In this document: in pieces, positions 11,644 through 23,679 of the stretch
How positions within the stretch are numbered: the stretch's first letter is position 1
How the letters are laid out: every line of letters starts with the position of its first letter
Assembly (NCBI RefSeq): GCF_004010195.1
Contig: NC_057718.1
Coordinates: 90,346,933 to 90,401,785, forward strand
Length of the DNA: 54,853 nucleotides
Reading direction: 5' to 3'
Origin: Chiloscyllium plagiosum
Lineage: Eukaryota
The notes under the pieces: model-generated
Seen by the model: the letters and a program-made list of their open reading frames with translations, nothing else
Databases searched by the model: none
What the model was told of the DNA's origin: nothing
Made by a program: the position numbers and the translations under genes

Positions 11644-12900
11644 TTAAATCAGCAATAACGCATCTGTGATTACATTCTTCCCAACCCCAATATGTATGAT
11701 TTTTAAATTAAAAGTCTGTAACATAAGACTCCAAAGAAATAGTCTCATATTCTTATCTTTAAAATGTTCTAAGAATGTAAACGGATTGTGATCCACGTAC
11801 ACGACCGTCTCTGACACATTGTTCATGACATACACATTAAAATGTTGTAAGGTTAGTACCAAACTCGACTGTTCTTTTTCGATTATGGATCATTTCCTCT
11901 GGGGGTTGTTGATCTTCTTTGAAAAGTATCCAACTGGCAGTTCAATCCCATCCTCATCTTCCTGTAGGAGTACAGCTCCAACTCTTATGTCACTAGTATC
12001 GATGGAGACTTTAAAAGGTTTTGAAAAGTTTGGTGTAGCTAAAGCTGGTTTGGTGGTTAATATCGCTTTCAAATGGTCGAATGACTCCAGGCATGGCTCA
12101 GTGCACCGAAACTTTGTGTTCTTCTTCAGCAAATCGGTTAACAGTGCCACTACACTGCTGAAGTTTGGAACAAACTTCCAATAGAATTCGCTGAGTCCTA
12201 AGAATCAAAGCACCTCTTTTTCGAGGGTGGCCGTGGAAATGCCTCGATGGCCTTAATCTTTGCATTCTGTGAGGTCAACCTTCCATGACCGATGTTATGT
12301 CCCAAGAATATCACCTCTGCTTTCACGAATTCCGTTTTGTTTAAGTTTATCACCAGTTTTGTTTCTTGTTGTCTGCCAACTGTACCATGTGATCTTTCCA
12401 GATCACATCACTACATCATCCAAATAGACTGTTAGCCCAGCCACAACTCTGTTCATGAGTCTTTGGAAAGTGACTGGCGCGTTCTTCATTCCAAAGGGCA
12501 TCACTTTAAACTGATATAGCCCATTTGTGGTTACAAATGCGGAAATTTCTTTGGTCGACTCTGACAAAGGTACTTGCCAGTAACCACATATTAGGTCCAA
12601 CCTGGTGATGTAACTGGCTTGTCCGGCTTTCTCGATACAATCCTCCAATCTAGGAGTTGGATATGAGTCCGATTTTGTAACAGCGTTGACCTTCCGATAA
12701 TCCACGCAGAATTGTTGAGTCCAATCCAGTTTGAGAACTAAGACGATCGGCAAGCTCACTCGCTCTGGCTTGGTTCAATGATATCCTCATCGAGCATGGT
12801 CTCCACCTCCGTCTGAAAGGATTAAGCTGATAGGGGTGTTGTTTTATTGGAGCAGTTGTCCCTACATCTACTTCATGTACAACAGCATTAGTCCTCCCCA
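11644..12900 (-). pseudogene. pol: Gypsy RT and RNase H remnants
   Basis: FCVDYRKVNAVT, GYWQVPL, YQFKVMPFGMKNAP, YLDD, DTSDIRVGAVLLQE, VYVDHNP, NVITDAL. Confidence 0.92.
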
Positions 12901-12901
12901 T

Positions 12902-14180
12902 CTAATTCTTGCATATGTCCTTATACTGCAGTAACAAGCCTTTCAACTGCATTCTATGCTCCTGAGGCAGATGGCTCACTAACTTATCCCACTCCTCAAG
13001 GACTTCTTCATTTTTAAATCTATTTTGAGGCACACCAAAACCCACATCATCTGGATTTGATTCCTCACTCTGCGGGACAGTAAGTAACATCTGTTTCTCC
13101 AGTTCTTTCTCTCTAGTATAATATGGTTTCAACGTGTTCACATGACACACTTGATACCTTTATTTTATATCTAGCATCTTTACTAGATAGTTCACCTGAC
13201 TCAACTTTTTCTCAAGGAACCACTAAACCTGGCTTTGAAGGGATCTTCCCGTCAGGAAAACATCTGAGTCTCAGAGCTTTTATCTGCTACCTGCTTCATT
13301 CTACACTGTGCCCTCTTTAGGTGCTGTTTAGCTCACTCACTTACTCGATTTAGTCTCTCCCTCACCTCATAATTTAAGTGTGAGATCTCCGACTTTGGTC
13401 CTGTCAATTTTTCTCTAGTTAATTTCAAAGGGTATCTCACTTCATGACGAAATATTAACTCGAAGGGAGTGAACCGAGTAGATACATTTGGGGCATCTCT
13501 GATGGCAAACAATACGAATGTGATACCTTTATCCCAATTATTCGGGTAATCCTGACAGTATGTTCTCAACATGGTCTTCAAAGTCTGATGCCACCTTTTT
13601 AAAGCTCCCTGGGATTCAGGATGATATGCACTGGATTTAAAGTGCTGTATACCTAAGGTATCTGTAACCTCCTTGAACAGCCTAGCAGTAAAATTTGACA
13701 CTTGGTCTGACTGAATCTCTCTGGATAGCCCATACCGTGTGAAGAAAGCTACTAACTCCTCTACTACCCTTTTCGCTTTGATACTCTAATGGAATTGCCT
13801 CCAGAAATCTGGTAGACACATCCATTATGGTTAACAAGTACTGGTTAACACTTTTGGCTCTCGGGAGGGGACCTACACAATCAATTATAACCCGTGTGAA
13901 TGATTCTTCAAATGCGGGAATTCGCAACAAAGGTACTGGTTTTATTACCGCCTGTGGCTTACCTACCATTTGGCATGTCTGACACGTACGGCAAAAGTTA
14001 ACCAAATCTTTGGCATTCCAGGCCAATACAAATGTTTTTGTACCTTAGCGTTTCATACCCCTAAGTGATCTCCTACAGGTAATTCATGTGCTACCCATAA
14101 CACCTCCTGTCTGTATGCTACCAGCAATACAATCTGGTTCACCTCAGCCCATTTCTCCTCTGCACTAACCTGCTGTGGTC
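12902..14180 (-). pseudogene. Gypsy integrase remnant, located upstream of RT
   Basis: CRTCQTCQMVGKP, VIIDCVGPLP, SSAYHPESQGAL, FAIRDAPNVSTRFTPFELIF, CHVNTLKPY. Confidence 0.9.
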
Positions 14181-14351
14181 TTCACTTCTGCCTTAGAATT
14201 CTACCTTTCAGATAATAACCCTCCGAAATATTCTCTGCTTCCTTTTCAGAGTATGCATCCACATAAATATCTTTTATCGCTCTGTCTTGCTGTTGCATGT
14301 CCCTCAGCCTCTCAGGAGTAAACACTTCTGACTGACCCGCTGCCTGTTCAG

Positions 14352-14602
14352 AGTCGAGAGTGTGGTGCTGAAAAAGCACAGCAGGTCAGGCAGCATCCGA
14401 GGAGCAGAAGAATCGATGTTTCGGGCAGGAGCCCTTCATCAGGAACGTGATAATGATGAGCCTGGTAAGCCATTCCTGATGAAGGGGTCCTGCCTGAAAC
14501 GTCAATCTTCCTACTCCTCGGATGCTGCCTGATCGGCTGTGCTTTTCCAACACCACACTCTCGACTCTGATCTCCAGCATCTACAGTCCTCAGCTTCTCC
14601 CT
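14352..14602. mobile_element. Fold-back Penelope-derived insertion with two hammerhead cores, inside the gypsy pol region
   Basis: arms 14351-14445 and 14473-14567 are inverted; TSD ctgcctgttcag at 14340-14351 and 14603-14614. Confidence 0.88.
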
Positions 14603-14771
14603 CTGCCTGTTCAGGTTTTTCCTGCACCATTATGTCAAACAGGGTTTCCACTAACTGAACCTCAACTCCTTCATCCTTCTCTTTACTTTTCACTTCGTGC
14701 TGTGACTTAAGATATTGGGATCTGGTTACCACACAGTCTGGGAAAATACCAGGATATTTCTCAGTTTCTCC

Positions 14772-15150
14772 TCAGTTTCTTGGTCTTCCTTGGGCTTCTC
14801 CACAACAAGGGGTGTCACTCCCACCTTGGATAATTCCCAAGAACCAACTGAATTCCTGGAACTGACACTCTGTCAATAACTCCCACTGCAACTTCCCCAG
14901 TCTTGAGTTAGCACTCCAACCTGATCTTACACAGGGGAACATTAAATTCCTGTCCACCTATTCCACAAATGACCACACTCTCGGGTAACAAATCAGAAAG
15001 AGAGCATATTCGCTCATCCCTTACTATCAGTAACTGGTTAGATCCTGTATCGCTCAAAACTATAATTTCTTGCCCTTCTCCCCCTGTTCTTTCTGAGTAA
15101 ACTTTACCCACAGAGGCGAATTCTTTGTAGAGATCAGGTACTAACTCCAT
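14772..15150 (-). pseudogene. Gypsy aspartic protease remnant
   Basis: IIVLSDTGSNQLLI active-site motif. Confidence 0.8.
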
Positions 15151-15152
15151 AT

Positions 15153-16330
15153 TCAGCCCCTGTCTAGGCTGGGCACTTCCTGCAGCTCCTCAGCTCTTCT
15201 GAGGGTCTCCTTTACTACCTTCACTAATGCCACTGGCTTAGCTTCTTTTACCACATTTTTTCCCACAGTGCCCTTCTTTAACAACCAGCACTGTGACTTT
15301 ACGTGTCCCACTTTACCACAGAGGAAACATCTGAGGCCTTTCACCTCCTTTCCACCCTCTTCGGCTTCTTTTTTATCCTGTGGTAAATTCTTACCAGTGC
15401 TCTCTACTCTCGGTTTAGCAGTGTAGGATCTCCCTCTCTCCTAATTTCTATCCCTCACAGGATGAAATTCTGGCTGGAGGCTAGTCTTATGCACCAACAT
15501 GTCCTCATCTACTAATTCTGCTGCCCTTCTCACTTCCTGAACTTTTTCTACCTCCATGTGAATTCTTACCATCTCTGGAAGTGAGTTTTTAAACTCCTCC
15601 AGCAGAATAATCTCTTTTAAAGCCTCAAATGTCTTATTTATTTTCAAAGCACGCATCCATCGATCAAAATGACTATGTTTAATTCATTCAAACTCAACAT
15701 AAGTCTGACCTGGTTCCTTCTTTGTGTTTCTGAACCGCTGCCTAAATGCTTCTGGCACCAATTCATAAGCACTTAAAATAGCCTGCTTAACCTCTTCATA
15801 ATCTCTTGACACCTCATTTGACATCGCGGCAAATACCTCACTAGCTCTGCCTACCAATTTAGTCTGAACTAGCATTACCCATAAATCCTCGGACCACTCC
15901 ATCTTCCTAGCCAATTTTTCAAATGAAATAAAGAAGGCTTCACCATCGTTCTCATAAAGATGTGGCAGAGTTTTGACATATTTATGTATATCGCTATCTT
16001 CTCTTTTAATCTCCATCTTGTTAACTTGACTTCGCTAAGTCGCAACTTCTCAAGTTCAAATTCTCTCTCCCTTTCTTCTCTCTCTTTGCTCAGCTAAGAA
16101 CCTTCTCTCTCTCTTTTTCCTCTCTCTCTCCTTCACTCTCTCTCTCGCTTTCCTCTCTCTCGCTCTTTATCTTCTAACTCCATTTTCCTTATTTGTAAGT
16201 TAAGTTTTTCTATCTCTACTACACTCTGACACACCTAAATGTTTGAGTAATTCCCTTACAATTTCAGCTTTACTTTTGTCCTTGGTTAAACCCAGATCTA
16301 ACTTAATTGCTAATTCTAAAAGCATGACCT
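15153..16330 (-). pseudogene. gag: Gypsy gag remnants (coiled coil, SCAN/capsid-like region, CCHC knuckle)
   Basis: YEEVKQAILSAYELVPEAFRQRFR; EIILLEEFKNSLP...AAELVD; CFLCGKVGHVKSQC. Confidence 0.85.
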
Positions 16331-16572
16331 TTTTCTTTCCTTATAAATTTCTTGGCAAGTTTGAGAATCGTCTTCAAATCCCAGAACCCCTTTAGTAATT
16401 TTAAGACTGATTTCTCTCACTTTTAATTTAATCAATCTCAAGTCACCAAAATTAAACAAATTGTCTCTCCTATATTTTATTTATAGGTCTAGGACATTAA
16501 TCTGAAAGTATTTAAATCTGCCGGGAATTTTCGTACTCCCAAGTCTATTCAAATCTGTCTAAACCAGTTCAA

Positions 16573-16592
16573 ATCCTGGACCCGAGCCCCCA
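16573..16592 (-). promoter_or_regulatory. Primer-binding site, tRNA-Pro-like
   Basis: tgggggctcgggtccaggat 3 nt after the LTR, resembling the PBS-Pro sequence TGGGGGCTCGTCCGGGAT. Confidence 0.8.
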
Positions 16593-16595
16593 AAC

Positions 16596-17298
16596 TGTTT
16601 CGACACGGGGTAAACCCTCCTGCTTATTTTAACCCAGCACCCAACAAAAGATTTATTCCGTGCAGTAATCTGTGAAAATTCGAGAGGCCAAGAGCTAAAG
16701 TAAAAGTAACAACTTTATTTCTTAAACATAACAGAGAATAATTAGCTAACAACTATTTACAATTCCTTATTCTAATCTATCTTTCACCTTCCCTTCTGTA
16801 ATACTCGTCCGATAAAACTCCCGATTATGATTTACAGAAAAACTCAAATTTTAAAACCAGCCAGCGGTCAAGTCTTCTCTTTATCTGCGCCGGTAGATTT
16901 TCTCCCCAGGTCAGTGGTAAGGCTTTTCTCTATGTGAACTCCTTCTCTAGACAGGTACCTCTCAGAGAGTTCTGAGTAGCAGTCTATAGGTGCTGGTCTG
17001 GTGACAGTCCTCCTCCTAACTGTTCAATTTTCCCCAGTCTTATACCCCAAAACATCAGATGGTGTCATTGGCTTTTAAGATTGTCAATATACTCAATTCA
17101 AACTTGATTGGAGTTTGGTATTTTTTGGAGAATAATTTAAACTGATTGGCTGAATTCGAATTTGTTTTGTTGTTTCTAAGCAACCAGCGACCCCTGTAGC
17201 TGGAGCACGTGTTACATTGTGTCTTATTGCGAACACTGGTGCTGTCCCTGCTAGCTTTTACTCTCTTAAAGGTACAATATATCCACATCTTCATAACA
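16596..17298 (-). repeat. 5' LTR of the gypsy element (703 bp)
   Basis: minus strand starts TGTTATGAAG and ends GTCGAAACA, directly upstream of the PBS; a related fragment lies at 38619. Confidence 0.85.
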
Positions 17299-17499
17299 GG
17301 AGACTCATCAAGATCTAGATCAAGATCTGACTGGGTTAGAACAGCAGGTTAATTTCTGTCCAGGTAGTGTCATGAATGTTCACTGGACTGATTTCTGGGA
17401 TGGCAAGAACTATCCTGGAAAGAGAGACTGAGGAAGGTTGGGGGTTGGGGGAGCTGGGCAGGGGTGGGGGCTGCATTCTCTTGAATTTAGAAGAATGAG

Positions 17500-18058
17500 T
17501 CAGAGAGTCAGAGAGTCATACAGACCTTTTGGTCCAACCAGTCCATGCCGACCGTAATCCCAAACTAAACTAGTCCTACCTGCCTGTGCTTGGTTGATAT
17601 CCCTCCAACATTTCCTATTCATGACCTTCTCCAAATGTCTTTTAAACATTATAAACTGCATCCACCACTTCCTCCGGATGTCCATTCCACACATGAACCA
17701 CTTTTCACGTAAAACCATTGTGCCTCATGTCTTTTTTAAATTGCTCTCCTCTCACCTTAAAAATATGCCTCTTAGTCTTGAAATTCCACACCATTGGGAA
17801 AAGACACCTGCCTTTCACCTTATCAACAGCCCTCATCATTTTATAAACCTCTATAAGGTCACCTCTCGACCTCCTACCCTCCAATAAAAAATGTCCCAGC
17901 CTGTCCTTATAACTCAATCCTTTCATACCCAGCAACATCCTGGTAAATCTTTTATGAACACACTGCAGCTTAATAACATCCTTTCTACAGCAGGGAGACC
18001 AGAACTGGACACAGTACTTCAGAAGAGGCATCACCAACATCCTGAACAACTTCAACAT
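17500..18058 (-). mobile_element. CR1 LINE 3' fragment
   Basis: LFRMLVMPLLKYCVQFWSP...RGDLIEVYKMM plus a gactct tail. Confidence 0.92.
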
Positions 18059-18067
18059 TGCATAATG

Positions 18068-18505
18068 AATGTTCCTGGATGTAAATTTGCTCGCTGAGTT
18101 GGAAGGTTTGTTTTCAGACATTTCGTCACCATACTAGGTGATATCATCAGTGAGCCTCTGGTGAAGCACTGATGGTATGGCTCACACTGATGGTATGGCT
18201 CACTCTTTATTTATGTGTTTTGGTTTCCTTGGGTTGGTGATGTCATTTCCTATGGTGATGACATTTCCTGTTCTTTTTCTCAGGGGGTGGTAAATGAGAT
18301 CCTATTCAATGTGTTTGTTGATAGAGTTCTAGTTGAAACTCAGAAATAAAACAAATAAATAAAAAAGTGGGCCATATCACCAGTGCTTCACCAGAGGCTC
18401 ACTGATGATGTTACCAAATATGGTGACAAAACGTCTGAAAATGAACCTTCGAGCTCAGAACATCCAGAACCTAACCTAAGCTACAAATCTTTTCAAAACT
18501 CGCTA
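18068..18505. mobile_element. Penelope-like inverted pseudo-LTR pair with hammerhead cores
   Basis: about 18090-18185 is inverted against about 18367-18460; cores ctgatgatgttacc..ggtgacaaaacgtc (+) and ctgatgatatcacc..ggtgacgaaatgtc (-). Confidence 0.8.
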
Positions 18506-18754
18506 ATAGATTAGATTACATTACAGCGTGGAAACAGGCCCTTCGGCCCAACAANNNNCAATTTAGCATGGCCAATTCACCTGACCTGCACATCTTTGGA
18601 CTGTGGGAGGAAACCGGAGCACCCGGAGGAAACCCATGCAGACACGGGGAGAACGTGCAAACTCCACACAGTCAGTTGCCTGAGGCGGGAATTGAACCCG
18701 GGTCTCAGGCGCTGTGAGGCAGCAGTGCTAACCATTGTGCCACCTTGCCGCCCA
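18506..18754 (-). mobile_element. HE1-like V-SINE containing a 4-N gap
   Basis: same A/B boxes and V-domain as the other copies, taatc tail. Confidence 0.9.
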
Positions 18755-18789
18755 CATGAATGGTCATCTCAGTGAAACATGCAAAATTC

Positions 18790-19140
18790 ATTTAGGACTC
18801 CATAGATACAGACAGGATGTTTCCCCAGGTTAGATGAGGGGTGGGGTGGTATTGTGTTGTGGGGTTTGGGGCACGGTATCGACACAATCTTATTGGGACT
18901 GAGGTAGGAGGTAATTCTTCAATCAGAAGCTGGTGACTCTTTGGAATTCTCTTGCCAGGCTGTGGGGGCTCAGTCATTGAATATGTTCAAGACAGAGAGA
19001 TTCACAGATTTCAAGGTAGTAATGACATCAAGAGATTATAGGGATAGTGCAAGAAAATGGAGTTGGAAAAGATGATCAGCCATGGCACAACAGCCTCAAA
19101 AGGCTGAACAGCCTACCCCTGCCACTATCTCCTATGTTCA
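18790..19140 (+). mobile_element. Old CR1 3' fragment
   Basis: aggatgtttcccc...aattcttcaatcag...gaatatgttcaagacagag...cctacccctgccact. Confidence 0.65.
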
Positions 19141-19279
19141 TAAAGGCCGCCAATACATTTCCGAGGTTCTGTAAGATCACTTTCAGTGAAATTAGAATTT
19201 TATTCCCAGAGTTATAAACGGGCGACTGATTTGAATTCATTCTCCACATTGATAAAGGGCATTGTCAGTGGAGCCCCAC

Positions 19280-19450
19280 TCTTTCTGTTGAAAGAGATGA
19301 TTGGTGCTGGGGTTATACTGAGGCCGTGAGGTGAGGGGCGAGACTGTGGGAAGGCAGGGTCTTCATGAGTAAGCTCGGTTAGGTGCAGGAATTGAACCCA
19401 CATCCCACTCTGCAATATAAACCAGTCACCCAGCCAACTGAACTAACCAA
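19280..19450 (-). mobile_element. tRNA-derived SINE, third family (also 22403-22612 +)
   Basis: ttagttcagttggct (A-box-like) and gggttcaattcc (B box), shared catgaaga/ggac core. Confidence 0.6.
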
Positions 19451-19801
19451 TTGGTATTCACCTCCCAGAATCACTGTATGATCTTAACTAGAAAGGTGAA
19501 GCAGCAGCAGGTAAATATTCCAATGTGCTTGGTATCCTTTGGCCGTCTGAGCTTCACTGTACAATTGAAGACATTTTTGAGGGACCTTGCTTTCTTCAGG
19601 CACTGCAATGTTGAACAATTTGCTCTTTTGCCAGTGAATCCTGTGAAAGTCATTGTCCGCTCTGATTCCTCCCACTTTGGTTTCCAGTCTGTGATATTGT
19701 GGTTCCAATGGGGCTTAAAAGGTTTACTCTGCTGTCCGAGTGATGGGATGGTGGACAAGTGTGAGGGCAGCTGTAGCCTGAAGCATGGCTACTTTCACTA
19801 G

Positions 19802-20185
19802 CATCATCATCATCATCATCATCATCAACATCATCATCATCAACACCGGCAGTCCCTTGTAGAAGAGGACAAGTCTCTTCCACTCTCAGGGTGAGTCCAA
19901 AGGTAGCTGTACAGACCAATGGGGGCTACCACAGGCTCTGTTACAAGTGGGGCAGAAAGGGTCATGGGAAGGGGTGGCTGGAGCATTGCTGTGGCAACAC
20001 ACTCCTGCTTCCCCCCGGCTTCCACTTTGTCCCGACAACATGTCTTGAGGTGCTTTCCCAGATGCTCCTGCTCCCCTTTGGATGGCCTTAGGCCAGTGAT
20101 TCCGAGGTGTCTGTGGGAATGCTGCAGTGAGGCCTGTTTGAGGGGATCCCTGAACCCACCTGGAACTCCCCTGCCATTTCAAAGC
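19802..20185 (-). mobile_element. RTE-clade LINE 3' end with (GAT)n tail
   Basis: CPTCNRACGS / IGLYSYLWTH C-terminal zinc-finger motif; the (cat)n at 19802-19842 is the tail; weaker RTE-like debris at 19580-19780. Confidence 0.75.
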
Positions 20186-20914
20186 TGGGAGTAGAGCACC
20201 TGCTTGTGGGGGAGGGGGCTTTTTTGTCAGGAGACCTACACTGAAACACTGACTTTTCTTCAGCGCTCATGTGGGGAGCTCACAAGCCCCGAATGCAACA
20301 CAAAAGCAGCAAACGTCAAAGAGGAGACTGACCGCCAGTGCCTGTGGTGCTCATTCTCACTTTCCTACCAGTCTTGGTAACCACTTCTTAATCATTAACC
20401 TTGGGAAAAGGTCACCGCTGGCTTGCGAGTGCACACATTCTACAGAGATGTTCAAACGTTTCATCCTGCCCCTTCATGCACAATCCCTTTACTCTTCCGC
20501 ACTCTGACATGTACGGCCCTGGCAGAGTTCAGAACTCAAACTCTGAGGTTGGATCCAGGAAACTTAAGGGTCTGTAGCAGGTCTGAAAACTCTACGTGTT
20601 GGAATAGAGTTTAATTCCACCTCAAAATAAAACCCTCTCAAAACCTTTGGGTTTCACCAAGCAGCATTATCACAGTGTCAACTATTTCGGGGATGACGTC
20701 CCCACTTGCATTTCTGACACATCCTCCAGTGACTGAAAAGGCCAATTCCAGACCCACAGACCTTTGGGAACATGGCACAGGAGTTCCAGGAGCTAGTGGG
20801 ATCTGGGGAACGGGACTTGTTTTCCTTATTCTCCTTCCTTCCTTCCCCGTCATTGCACTGCCCCATCATCAAAACATTGTGGGGGTGAAGTGTAAAGCAA
20901 CCTGATACTCAAGT

Positions 20915-22140
20915 TGGCCACCAATGTCCATTACAAACCCACCGGCTCCTATACTCCCCTTGACATTCTGTAAAAACTCTATTCCATTCTCCCAGATTTT
21001 CTGTCTCTGTCGCGTCTGCTCCAATGATGCCAGCTTCAAGAAGGGGGTCTCCAATATGTCCACCTTCTTCCTCAACTGAGCATTCGTCAGCCAATTAGTT
21101 GACGAGTCCCTCAGCCAGATCCGACCCCTCTCCCGCACTTTGGCCCTCACCGCCTCTCTTCCCTCCCACAACGGTGGTAGGGTCCCTCTTCTCCTTACCT
21201 ACCATCCCACCAGCATCCACATCCAGAGGATCATATGCTGCCAATTTGACCATCTCCAACAGGATGCCACCACCAGACACACAGTCCCCTGCATTCCCTT
21301 GTCTGTCTTGCGCCAGGACCGTTCCCTCCGGGGCTCCTGGTCCACTCCTCCATCATTCCCATCATTCCCCCCTCCATAGCCCCAATGCACCTTCCCCTGC
21401 AATCGCAGGAGATGTAACGCCTGCCCATTGACTTCCTCCCTCCTCAGTATCTAAGCGCCCAAACCTTGTGAAGCAGCGATTTACCTGCACTTCACGCAAT
21501 TGCTGCTCGCAATGTGACCTCCTCTACATTGAGAAAACGAAGAGCAGACTGTGTGACCACTTCACGGAACATCTACATTCTGCCCACAAAAATGAGCTGA
21601 CCTTCCAGTTGCCTGCCACGTGTATCCACCTCCTTGCTCCCTGGCCAACATTTCTGTCTCAGTCTTACTGCAGTGCTCAGTGCTGGAAGAACAGCACCTC
21701 ATTTTTCATTGCAACCTTCAGGACTCAATTTTGAGTCCAACCATTTTAGGGTTTCCCCCATGCTTTCCCCCACCCTCACATACCAGGCATCAGCATGGGC
21801 TGCTACCACACACAACCCATTGTCAGATACTAATAGTCCCCATTAGCAGACACTCATTCTCCCAGGCTTCGCTTTATCCACCCCTTTGATTGTCCAATTG
21901 TTTTTCTCATCTCTTTGTGCTCCATCACCACCTATCATTTACTCCTTCACCCCCTCCCTCCACCCTACGTTCTGTGTAAAAACCATCCTTTTCCTGGCCA
22001 TAGTCACTTCTGAAGAAAGGTGACTGGACTTGAAGCATTAACTCTGATTTCTCTTCACAGATGCTGTCAGACCTGCTGGGATTTTCGAGCAAATTCTGAT
22101 TATTGCTTCAGATTTCCAGCGTCTGCAGCTCTTTTGGATT
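20915..22140 (+). mobile_element. Penelope-like element 3' part (RT thumb, GIY-YIG endonuclease, pseudo-LTR)
   Basis: RVPLLLTYHPTS, KQRFTCTS..CSQCDLLYIEKTKSRLCDHFTEHL, then a degenerate ctgaaga..gaag hammerhead and cacagatgctgtcagacctgctg tail. Confidence 0.88.
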
Positions 22141-23062
22141 TTTTTTTGATGCTCAGGTTGTCACCTTTCTGACTTTGATGCTCTCCTTTGTCACTGGTGA
22201 CTGGGAGGATCTGGCTATCAGTCACTCAGAGTAACTCCAGTTCGACAGCTATGAGGTCCGTCACTGCACCAGCACGTGAAACGTCTCACATCACTTCCTG
22301 TAGTGGCTGTGACATCGAAACATCGAAACATAGAAAATAGGAGCAGGAGTAGGCCATTCGGCCCTTTGAGTCTGTACCACCATTCAACACGGTTGTGGTT
22401 TGTCGGCTTTAGCTGAGTTGGCTGAGTTGCTGGTTTGCAGAGCAGTGTGATGCCAATAGTGTGGGTTCAATTCCCATCACTGGTTTGAGGTTACCATGAA
22501 GGACTCTTCTTCCCTCCCCTGAGGTCTGGTGGCCCTCAGGTTAAATCACCACCAGCCACTTCTCTCTAATGAGAGAGCAGCCCCCTATGGTCTGGTAAGA
22601 CTATGGTGACACAACAACAATCATGGCTGATCATTCAATCTCAGTACCCCATTCCCGCCGTCTCCCCATAGGCCTTGAGCAGTAAGGGCCATGTCCAGCC
22701 CCCTCTTGAATATACTACACTCTTGACTACTTTAATTTGTCACCACTGAGTTAAACAAGAATGGAAGGTCAGTACTGTGCCCTCCAATTACAACATTGCA
22801 GCAATTGACAACTTAGAGTGGAGCCCAGTTGTGCGTCAGTCAGGAGTGTCTTCAAACATCTCAATTAGCCAGTCAGGCACACGTAACCAACACATAAAGG
22901 GCTTATTTCTATGATATTTTCAAAAAGGTCAGGGCAGACAATTTTATACCCTCTCCAAGGTTCCATTGCTATTAATCAGGATAATCCTGGAACATGCTCC
23001 CTAACGTGTGGATCTATCTACACCATAATGAATGCAGCAGTTCAAGAACGTAGCTGACCACA

Positions 23063-23150
23063 TTAAAAATCACACAATACCAGGTTACAGTCCAACAGGT
23101 TTATTTGGAAGCACTAGCTTTCGGAGCGCTGCTCCTTCATCAGGTGGTGG
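23063..23150 (-). mobile_element. Penelope-derived repeat with intact minimal hammerhead core
   Basis: minus strand CTGATGA-A-GGAGC-AGC-GCTCC-GAAA-GCTA; flanked by tagctgaccac and tggctgatcac. Confidence 0.8.
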
Positions 23151-23182
23151 TGGCTGATCACTACTTTCTCAAAGGTACTTAG

Positions 23183-23522
23183 AATCCCCACAGTGTGGGA
23201 GCTGGCTGTTCAGCCCACACTGACCCTCCAAACAGCATCCCACCCAGACCCATCCCCATACCCTATCACGCCATATTTCCCACATCTAACCCACCTAGCC
23301 TACATATCCCTGCACACTACGGGCAATTTAGCATGGCCAATCCATCTAAACTGCACATCTATGGACTGTGGGAGGAAACCGGAGCACCCGGAGGAAACTC
23401 ACACAGACGCAGCGAGAATGTGCAAACTCCACACAGACAGTCGCTCGAGGCTGGAATCGAACCAGGGTCCCTGGTACTGTGAGGCAGCAGTGCTAACCGC
23501 TGAGCCATTGTGCCACCCACTG
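23183..23522 (-). mobile_element. HE1-like V-SINE
   Basis: A/B boxes, V-domain. Confidence 0.9.
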
Positions 23523-23679
23523 CAGCCAGTGCTGGCTCATCCACCAACGAATGAATAAAAAGAATGAAATGGGATTTGAAATTTGATATCTGCTGACGTC
23601 CATTTTGACACAAAAGTACAAAGTCACGGGCATCCCCATGAGACAGTTCCCTCAATATGAACAATATCATTCCTCTGTT

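Larger units (their letters stand above)
11508..17298 (-). mobile_element. Degraded Gmr1-like Ty3/gypsy LTR retrotransposon (gag-PR-IN-RT-RH), 3' LTR missing
   Basis: 5' LTR and PBS, then gag with CFLCGKVGHVKSQC, protease LSDTGS, integrase, RT (YLDD), RNase H; many stops and frameshifts. Confidence 0.93.
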
